From assembly GCA_046761065.1 (NCBI GenBank), contig JBHIFL010000061.1:1-25053 (forward strand): a stretch of 25,053 nucleotides of DNA, written 5' to 3'. The translations under genes were made by a program, and so were the position numbers. The notes beneath the pieces are model-generated. The model made no database searches, had not been told where the DNA came from, and worked only from the letters and a program-made list of their open reading frames with translations. Below are positions 18,150 to 25,053 of this stretch, in pieces (position 1 is the stretch's first letter; each line of letters starts with the position of its first letter). This DNA is from Candidatus Heimdallarchaeota archaeon. Its GTDB lineage: Archaea; Asgardarchaeota; Wukongarchaeia; Wukongarchaeales; JBHIFL01.

Positions 18150-18182
18150 CCCCTTCCCCCCTTTTTCTTTTCTCGATTTTTC
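18150..18182 (+). terminator. Probable archaeal pyrimidine/oligo-T terminator
   Basis: CCCCTTCCCCCTTTTTCTTTTCTCGATTTTT about 70 nt after the stop of the 655-aa gene. Confidence 0.4.
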
Positions 18183-18452
18183 GAGATTGCAGCTTGATGG
18201 AGTATCTAAAATCTAGTCTTGGGATTATTAGTAAATAAACATATACGTCTATCCAGTTATCCTGTTAACGTTTGTGGGATAAAACCCGGTCTATAAGTCT
18301 CAATGAATTCTCTACTCATAATTCGTAATTCTGTGGTTATAAAAAAGGAGGAAAGAGAAGATGAGTATATCAGAGTCCATAACTTATTGTTTTTCTTCGA
18401 GTTCCGGTTTGTCTCATTCTTCTAATTCTGAATCTTCACCCAACTCTAACTC

Positions 18453-19862
18453 TTAAATGGGTTCTACAGATTCAGTTTCTTCAATGGGTTCAATGGTTTC
18501 AGTCTCTGCAGCTTTCTTCTGGAGCTCTGCTTTCACATCTTCGGGTAGTTTGGGTTTCCTGATTTTACTAATGATTATTCCTAAAAGTGTAAAACCAACA
18601 ATCGAAGCAATAGACAGCAATACGGTCTCAACAAGATCCATTGCTGCAAGACCTGTAAGTTGCGCGTAGAAAAACGAAGTGATGATGGCCGGGATTGAGG
18701 CTTTACCCATGCTCCCCGTCACCCCTTTAATTGAGAGTGAGGTACCTGTGAGCAATCCTGACTCTTCGAGGATTTCTGAGGTTTCCACAGCCTCCAAGTC
18801 GCTAATATCGAGTTGGGATGCTAAGTTATAGATAGGAATAATCCCAAGGGTTGCTAGTAAGCCTAAGGCCCTCAAGCTGAGATCGCGTGCTCTCTTTATG
18901 CGGGGTTCTGTGATTGTTCCAATAGTCTTGGAACATCCTGGACAAAGATCTTGATCTGTAAGACCCTTGGGCCATACAACTCCACACTGCGGACATCTTT
19001 CGCCTACTGCTCGACGCTTTATAACCCCTGAAAGACGACGGTTGATTGATCCCTGCGCCGCTGCTGGCATTCGCTCACCAATAAATTGAATGCCTGTTTT
19101 AGTTGGAGCAACAGCAGATGAAGGCGCTAAGCCTACTCCTGCAGTCCGTGGGGCAGGCTTGATCGTGCTACTTGGTCCTGCTGCGGCTGCTTTTCCTGCT
19201 ACAGCAACTGTTACAACCCCTGACGTTGTTCCTACTGCGCCTGGAACTGTGGCGATGTAATCCGTGGCCTCAGCAGGAATTACTACATCGAAATTAATTG
19301 TATCTACGTATTCCACCCATATCAACGCTGACTTCTTGGGAGTGGGTGCTGTCGATATACTTTGAATTGCTCCTCCCCCTGTTTCAACTTCGTAAGTGAT
19401 TGTAAACCCTAGTTCAAACCGACCAACCGCCAAAATGTCAAGTGGAATGGGAATCCCAGCCTTTTCTGCTAATTCTACTAAGTTAACTCGGTAGGACGGT
19501 GTTGTATAGACTTCTCCAGGTGGGAGGACTACTGCTTGCCCAAGGTTAAAATCTTCTGCCCTTAGATTTAGAGTGTAAATCGATTGGCCCAAATAATTGA
19601 TTGATACATCTAATGCAAGAATTCGCACAGCTCTCTCGCCAACACGGACTTGCAGCCATACTTCATGGTTGGCTGCAAAATCAAAATCGGTGAATACTGT
19701 TTGTCTCGTAATCATTTTCCCGTCTATTCTTGCATCGAGATAAAAGTGTCCTGGTCCAATGTCAATTTGCGCTAGTGTGGGATTTGTACCTGTTAGATTG
19801 CCAACTAAGATGATAATCGCAATAGAAAAAATTGTATAATTGATCATTCGTCGTCTTTTCAC
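18453..19862 (-). CDS. Membrane protein: signal peptide, ectodomain, Gly-rich segment, C4 zinc finger, wHTH, 2 TM helices, acidic tail
   Basis: Basic-hydrophobic N-terminus; CPQC-x13-CPGC; IPIYNLASQLDISDLEAVETSEILEESGLL; two C-terminal hydrophobic helices. Confidence 0.8.
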   Translation of the reverse strand: MKRRRMINYTIFSIAIIILVGNLTGTNPTLAQIDIGPGHFYLDARIDGKMITRQTVFTDFDFAANHEVWLQVRVGERAVRILALDVSINYLGQSIYTLNLRAEDFNLGQAVVLPPGEVYTTPSYRVNLVELAEKAGIPIPLDILAVGRFELGFTITYEVETGGGAIQSISTAPTPKKSALIWVEYVDTINFDVVIPAEATDYIATVPGAVGTTSGVVTVAVAGKAAAAGPSSTIKPAPRTAGVGLAPSSAVAPTKTGIQFIGERMPAAAQGSINRRLSGVIKRRAVGERCPQCGVVWPKGLTDQDLCPGCSKTIGTITEPRIKRARDLSLRALGLLATLGIIPIYNLASQLDISDLEAVETSEILEESGLLTGTSLSIKGVTGSMGKASIPAIITSFFYAQLTGLAAMDLVETVLLSIASIVGFTLLGIIISKIRKPKLPEDVKAELQKKAAETETIEPIEETESVEPI

Positions 19863-20113
19863 AATTAATTGTACTCTAATTGTCGTTTCCTCCTAAATTT
19901 TACTTTTGGGTAAGTGGTCATCCATCTTTTTAGTACCAATTTTGTAATATGATTGTTTTAAAAAGTATCCTTATAGAGAACGCGAGTTTCATTTTATAAT
20001 TGCTTTATTGTTCCTTAAATGATATCTTTAAGAAGCTTAAAGGCTTAGAAAATCTTCTACCTTTTCAACAATGAACGATTAACTTATTTACAGCTTTCCA
20101 TAGGGTGAAGTCG

Positions 20114-20404
20114 ATGTCAGAACCAAGTTGTGTTCAAGCACATGTTTATATTTCAGGCCGAGTTCAAGGCGTTTTTTTTCGTGCTTTTGTTCGCCAAAAA
20201 GCTTTGGAGTTAGGCATTACTGGCTATGTTCGGAATCTCCGTGATCGGCGCGTAGAAGCGGTATTCCAGGGGCCACTGGACAAAGTGCAGGAAATGATTC
20301 ACCATGTTCATGAAGGGCCACGGTTCGCACGGGTTGAGAAGGTTTCTATCCAGTGGGAAGAGATCTCTGACGAATTCTCAAAAAGTTTTCACATACTCTA
20401 CTAA
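20114..20404 (+). CDS. acyP: Acylphosphatase
   Basis: ISGRVQGVFFR and GYVRNLRD motifs; GGGTGA RBS favours the ATG at 20114 over the GTG at 20105. Confidence 0.95.
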   Translation: MSEPSCVQAHVYISGRVQGVFFRAFVRQKALELGITGYVRNLRDRRVEAVFQGPLDKVQEMIHHVHEGPRFARVEKVSIQWEEISDEFSKSFHILY

Positions 20405-20501
20405 GTGATATGAATCTCCTAAATTCATAGCTCTTAATAGCTTCCCAAATTCGTATCGAAAATCTAAAAAGACTTAAATTGTCATTTTTTACCGCAGTTG
20501 G

Positions 20502-21272
20502 TTGAGGGCTTTGGTGTCGCGTCAAGAAGAGATGAAGAAGCTCCTCGAACGCTTAGAGGATCCCGACCAGCGTAAAAGTGTAGCCAAAGCTTTGGCTGGT
20601 CCAAATCCCCAACTTGCGGTCAAGATGTTGAGCCTTGCCATGGAGTTGGACACCCCGGTCCATCGAGTTCGCGCGCTTGAAATGATTGAGATCATAGGGC
20701 ACAATGAAAAGGCAAGAAGCGACACAGTAGGTGTACTGACACGAATGGCGCGGAACGATAATGATTGGAGTATAAGACGTATGGCCACCGAAGCATTAGG
20801 AAATTTGAATGATGAAACGGCAATGCCAGCGCTTATTCAAGGGCTAATGGATGAAGATCCTCGAGTACATGAGGCGGCCATTGCATCTATTAAAAAATTA
20901 GGAGCAAAAGCACTTCCTTACTTGCAGCTTGAACTGGCTAACGATAACCCTCCGCTACTCAAATGGCGCTGTATTGAAGTCATAAAGATTTTGGAGATCC
21001 CTAATCTTGCGGTGATCCAGCAACTCCTCCCCTTAGTCATCGATAAAGAACCGATTATACGGAACGAAGCAAGGGCGGCGATCGAACGTTTTCGGAACTT
21101 TTTTTATGAGGATCTAACTCGAGTAACAGCATTGTTAGAAGACTTAGATCCTAAAGAATTGGAAGAAGAGTATATCCAAGAATTTCTTACAATCCTCCTC
21201 AAAACACGCTCTGAAACACAAAAAAAGGCATTTAAGCAAACTTTAAGAGATCTACTCGAGTCGAATAATTAG
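20502..21272 (+). CDS. HEAT (PBS-lyase-like) repeat protein
   Basis: DWSIRRMATEALGNL, ALIQGLMDEDPRVHEAAIASI, DKEPIIRNEARAAI. The start codon is uncertain. Confidence 0.85.
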   Translation: MRALVSRQEEMKKLLERLEDPDQRKSVAKALAGPNPQLAVKMLSLAMELDTPVHRVRALEMIEIIGHNEKARSDTVGVLTRMARNDNDWSIRRMATEALGNLNDETAMPALIQGLMDEDPRVHEAAIASIKKLGAKALPYLQLELANDNPPLLKWRCIEVIKILEIPNLAVIQQLLPLVIDKEPIIRNEARAAIERFRNFFYEDLTRVTALLEDLDPKELEEEYIQEFLTILLKTRSETQKKAFKQTLRDLLESNN

Positions 21273-21493
21273 AAGAGTACAAGGTGGTTTGTGGATTTCC
21301 TGTAGCCCTACAGTCCTTCCTAACTACTCTTATTATTGTTAGAAAAGTTTCTAAGTTACGTTCTTAAAAGCCTAACTTATGTTAAGTGCTCTCTCAACAT
21401 GAAATAAAAGAAGGGTAAGCTGAAAAGGTAGCATAGGTATTGTCTTTTAGGGAACCAGATGCTTGTTAGTTTTTTTTCTAATTCTGGAGAATC

Positions 21494-22147
21494 TTATATT
21501 TCTTGACTCAGAGTAACGAGATCTAATAACTTGGAAACATGGTAATCTGCAATACCCGAAGGAACTGCTGAATATTCGATCGTTAACATCCCGACTTTCC
21601 TAGCGCCGGTGAGTTCGTCTTCCGCATGCCCTATAAACGCGGTTGATTTCCTTGGTTTCGCCTCCAATCTTCTTAGAATTTCTAAATAGGCTTCGGGTTC
21701 AGGTTTTACATGATGCGTAGTAGCTGAAGTAACAACCGCATCTAGATACTGAAGGAGTCCATGTCTCTTTAATTGGGCCTTTACTTCTTCCTCTTGGAGA
21801 ACTGAATCTGTTAGGATCCCAAGTTTAAGGCCTTGGTCCTTCAAACTACTAAACACCTCTTTCATCTCTGGGTGGGGGTTGTCCCAGTAGGCTCTGACTT
21901 CAAGGGCTCGATAATCCAAGATATCAGGAACTTTTTTTTGTCTTAAAATGCTTTGGATAGTCTTATCAGATCTCCCTTTACTCAATTCCCCTGCAATTTC
22001 GTGTGAAATTGTAATAAACTGTTCAATATCTCCTTCCCACCCTGCATTCCGTAACTGTTCAAACGCCCAAACGAATGCCTTCTCATTCCGCAAGACTACC
22101 ACATCTCCCGCATCAAAAATCATTAATTCAATCATCCTCTCCACCAC
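21494..22147 (-). CDS. HAD-superfamily hydrolase (subfamily IA-like)
   Basis: Motif I IFDAGDV, motif II ILTDS, motif III KPEPEAY, variant motif IV FIGHAEDELTGA. Confidence 0.9.
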   Translation of the reverse strand: MVERMIELMIFDAGDVVVLRNEKAFVWAFEQLRNAGWEGDIEQFITISHEIAGELSKGRSDKTIQSILRQKKVPDILDYRALEVRAYWDNPHPEMKEVFSSLKDQGLKLGILTDSVLQEEEVKAQLKRHGLLQYLDAVVTSATTHHVKPEPEAYLEILRRLEAKPRKSTAFIGHAEDELTGARKVGMLTIEYSAVPSGIADYHVSKLLDLVTLSQEI

Positions 22148-22360
22148 CTGAACTGATCTTCTTGATTCAATGCAATGCCCTTACAGGGAATTTCTAGCAC
22201 CCTTGTAGAGGAAATTTCAGGTTGAAAATCAACTATGTGTTAAAATGGTTCGCCATTCGGTAAATCTTACCGTAGGCATGAGTTCTATGAGAATTAACTC
22301 CTTCATGTATCATTATCTTTTTTTATATTGTTGTTCTTCTTGTAAGATGCGGTAATATTG

Positions 22361-22528
22361 ATGGTTTACATAATCTTTGAGCTTGATGACTGCGATTACC
22401 TCATTCCTCCCAATAAATGCAAGGACGCGCCTTGCCCCTATGGAAAAAAGGTCTGTTGCCAATACTGCGACCGAATGAAATATTGTGATGCGTTGTGCAA
22501 CTTATTGCCCCACATAGACGATTTTTAG
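22361..22528 (+). CDS. Small cysteine-rich protein (55 aa), absent from the ORF track
   Basis: MVYIIFELDDCDYLIPPNKCKDAPCPYGKKVCCQYCDRMKYCDALCNLLPHIDDF has 8 Cys; TTTTATAT at 22321-22328; it fills an otherwise empty spacer. Confidence 0.7.
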   Translation: MVYIIFELDDCDYLIPPNKCKDAPCPYGKKVCCQYCDRMKYCDALCNLLPHIDDF

Positions 22529-22623
22529 GTTTCTATGAGTGATGTATACTTGACTTCATCTTGAAATAATCTGTATGTCATCATCTATTCCGTTTCGTAT
22601 TTTTTCATATGGAACGGAGTAGT

Positions 22624-23538
22624 TTATTTCATTACTTCCACAATCAAAGGCGCAACTGAAACGTTTGAAACAGTTGTGGATATTGAATCCGTTACCACTA
22701 AATAATCGGCCTTCTCCTGGAGTATTCTTAACGAATCTTTCAGGAATAACCCATGAGTTGCAGCTGCAATTACTTTTCTTGCTCCCTCGGCTCTCACTTT
22801 CTCTACTGCTTTAATCATGGTACCTCCAGAAGCAATTATGTCATCCAAAATTACGACATTCTTCCCACTAAAATCAATCTCGCTCCTCAAATCGGTTATA
22901 ACATACTCTTTATGCTTATCTTCACACTTACATTGAGTTACTGGCAACCCACAATGAGGGCATCGCTTCTCTTTTTGAAGAACTTTAACCTCACCAGTGG
23001 CCCACTCAACCATTGCAGACGAGCCAAAATCTGGCCCAATAGTCAGAAACTCTTTTCCAACTTTTTTTCCTATATGCTTAAGTAAAATTCGACAAGCAGA
23101 AAGATTGTAACAAGGAATTCCAAATAAATCGAACTCTCCTATTCCTACATGCCGATAGTGTGTGTCAACGGTAATTAAATATTCTACCCCAACAGATTTC
23201 ATTAAATTAATAACAGTCTTAATACTCAACGCTTCGCCTGGTTGAAACCTTTTATCTTGCCGTGCGTAGGCCGAATATGGTATAATCCCTGTAATTTTGC
23301 TTGCACCCATATCTTTTACGGTGTCTGCGATTAATAAGAACTCCATTAGAGAGTTATTCGGCTCAGGAAACATTGATTGGATGATGAAAACCTCTTTTCC
23401 TTTGAGATGATTAGAAATTCTAATATAATATTCTCCATCTGGAAATATTCTTGTAGAAACGGTTTTGACATGAACTCCAAGTTTGTAAGCAATTTTTTCC
23501 CCTAATATGGTCGACTTCGAACCATTTAAGATGATCAT
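22624..23538 (-). CDS. prs: Ribose-phosphate pyrophosphokinase (archaeal type) with a Cys-rich loop insertion
   Basis: FPDGE, YARQDKRF, GPDFG, ILDDIIASGGTM and ATHG motifs. Confidence 0.95.
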   Translation of the reverse strand: MIILNGSKSTILGEKIAYKLGVHVKTVSTRIFPDGEYYIRISNHLKGKEVFIIQSMFPEPNNSLMEFLLIADTVKDMGASKITGIIPYSAYARQDKRFQPGEALSIKTVINLMKSVGVEYLITVDTHYRHVGIGEFDLFGIPCYNLSACRILLKHIGKKVGKEFLTIGPDFGSSAMVEWATGEVKVLQKEKRCPHCGLPVTQCKCEDKHKEYVITDLRSEIDFSGKNVVILDDIIASGGTMIKAVEKVRAEGARKVIAAATHGLFLKDSLRILQEKADYLVVTDSISTTVSNVSVAPLIVEVMK

Positions 23539-23794
23539 AGTATCGCTCCATCTTGAAATTTTCCGAACAATGATTTAGTACATCGCTTTGTAAGTTTACT
23601 GATTGCATTTTATTTTCTTTTCCAGTAAGAATAATACATTTATGCAAGAAAGAATTAACCGTCATTTAAGGAAAAGACGCTCAGATATGAGGGAATAATC
23701 TTACTATTTAATTATTGGATGTTCAAATTTAAATTGCAGTCAATGCCGTGATACAAATTTTAGAAGGCAAGTATTGATATATGGAGGAGCTAAA

Positions 23795-24376
23795 GTGCAA
23801 TTCAAGATCGATAAGAAAGATGTTTTTATAATCGTAGATGTTCAAAGAGATTTTTGTCCGGAGGGAGCCTTACCTGTCCCAGATGGCGATAAAGTTGTTC
23901 CCATCCTAAACGAATACATAAAGAGGTTTCAAAAAGCTGGATCGCCTATCTATGCAACGAGAGATTGGCATCCCCCCAATCACACCTCTTTCAAGCCCTA
24001 TGGGGGCATATGGCCTGCTCATTGTATACAGAACAGCGAAGGGGCAGCGTTCCACCCAGATCTAATGCTCCCAGAAGATGTAAGGATTGTATCAAAAGCA
24101 ACGAACCCTTCTAAAGAGGCTTATTCAGGATTTGATTCTCTTCAATTCAAAGAAGAATTGGAACAGAAGAGCATAAAGCGGATTTTTGTTGGGGGACTCG
24201 CAACAGACTATTGTGTGAAAAGCACAGTACTTGATGCTCTTAAATTTGGGTTTGAGACCATTTTATTAGTAGATGCAATCCGGGGTGTGAATGTTAAACC
24301 TAGGGATAGTGAGAAAGCCATAGAAGAGATGATTAGAAAAGGTGTACTTACAGCTACTTTAACCAATGTACAGTAA
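23795..24376 (+). CDS. pncA: Nicotinamidase/pyrazinamidase
   Basis: VDVQRDFCPEGAL, DWHPPNH, WPAHC, VSKA, AYSGF, GLATDYCV; GGAGG RBS favours the GTG at 23795. Confidence 0.95.
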   Translation: MQFKIDKKDVFIIVDVQRDFCPEGALPVPDGDKVVPILNEYIKRFQKAGSPIYATRDWHPPNHTSFKPYGGIWPAHCIQNSEGAAFHPDLMLPEDVRIVSKATNPSKEAYSGFDSLQFKEELEQKSIKRIFVGGLATDYCVKSTVLDALKFGFETILLVDAIRGVNVKPRDSEKAIEEMIRKGVLTATLTNVQ

Positions 24377-24603
24377 TCTTTAATCCCATACAATGCTCTA
24401 CAACCGATTTTTATTATGTTAGTTTGAATTTATACATTACTTATTCTTCGGTTATAGATCACACCTGTAAGTATTGTTAGTAATGTCATTTCTTAAACTC
24501 ACATCTTTTTGCTTATCATCCATATTATTTTAAAATGTTATTTGAAGGATAGTGCATTATTTTAAGTAAGCTGATATATAATAATCAATTCCCATAACCT
24601 AAA

Positions 24604-25053
24604 ATGAAAGGATATACACAACTTACCAGAAAAATGACACAACAAATTCTGCTTAATGTGAAAGATCTACGAACATCCATTTTCTATGAAGATCGTGCCG
24701 CTAAAGTGGTTGATGGAGTAGACTTCACCGTTCGTGAAGGTGAGACGCTAGGACTCACCGGCGAATCTGGCTCTGGAAAATCTACCATCGCACTCTCTCT
24801 TTTACGATTAATCACACCCCCCGGGGAAATTATTGGTGGAGAAGTCTGGTTTAAAGGGCATGATCTCCTCAAATTGAATGAAGAGGACCTTAATAAAGTT
24901 CGAGGAGAAGAAATCTCTTTGATCACTCAAGAGCCTATTGCCGCAATGGATCCGATCATGATTAGTGGTTTGCAATCTGGTGAGGTTCTGGAAGCGCATC
25001 AGGACCTAAAAAAAGCCCAGATCAAAGAAAAAGTTATTGAATACCTAGGAAAA
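24604..25053 (+). CDS. Oligopeptide/dipeptide ABC transporter ATP-binding subunit (DppD/OppD type), 3' truncated by the window end
   Basis: LLNVKDLRT...VVDGVDFTVREGETLGLTGESGSGKST...ISLITQEPIAAMDP; start at 24604 or 24634; no stop before the window edge. Confidence 0.95.
   Translation, partial: MKGYTQLTRKMTQQILLNVKDLRTSIFYEDRAAKVVDGVDFTVREGETLGLTGESGSGKSTIALSLLRLITPPGEIIGGEVWFKGHDLLKLNEEDLNKVRGEEISLITQEPIAAMDPIMISGLQSGEVLEAHQDLKKAQIKEKVIEYLGK

Noticed and set aside
22240-22300. Fluoride-riboswitch-like GTTCGCCAT
   Set aside because: No preceding GGCGATG and no downstream CTGATGAC pseudoknot partner; no fluoride-related gene nearby.
490-24999. The many 60-150 aa ORFs in the track that overlap longer genes (e.g. 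750-1193, 4195-4524, 10518-10928, 12247-12705, 22753-23085, 24684-24926) and 8044-8226
   Set aside because: Shadow frames of well-supported genes, or antisense to the RNA candidate; no motifs and atypical composition.
1-25053. CRISPR array, transposase, integrase, reverse transcriptase/DGR, selenoprotein or reassigned stop codon
   Set aside because: No spaced direct repeats or matching protein motifs; the only tandem repeat is coding and has no spacers; conserved enzymes are uninterrupted under the standard code.

Overview
Archaeal DNA, most likely Asgard (Heimdall/Thor-like). The basis is TATA/BRE promoters, GGAGG/GGTGA ribosome-binding sites and several eukaryote-signature-like proteins: longin/uDENN-like, Roadblock plus small GTPase, a mu-homology-like protein, a possible gelsolin-like protein and HEAT repeats. 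About 21 protein genes are supportable. Housekeeping genes are a class V aminotransferase, a TMK-like kinase, acylphosphatase, a HAD hydrolase, PRPP synthase, nicotinamidase, a GDT1/TMEM165 transporter and an oligopeptide ABC ATPase cut by the window edge. No tRNA, rRNA, CRISPR array or transposase was found. The main unexplained signals are: (i) a ~110-nt highly structured RNA candidate with its own promoter and mutually exclusive pairings at 8064-8175; (ii) a wHTH-Roadblock fusion plus an MglA/CvnD-type GTPase, resembling a compact conservon; (iii) a degenerate PD-(D/E)XK/TFS-zinc-ribbon fusion with a lysine tip, coupled to a TMK lacking its P-loop lysine; (iv) a cytoplasmic adaptin mu-homology-like protein; (v) an M48 protease with tandem Sm/Hfq-like barrels; (vi) an unannotated 55-aa protein with 8 Cys. 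All remote-homology calls are by eye and need profile or structure searches. GC content varies strongly from gene to gene, so links inferred across long spacers are weak.
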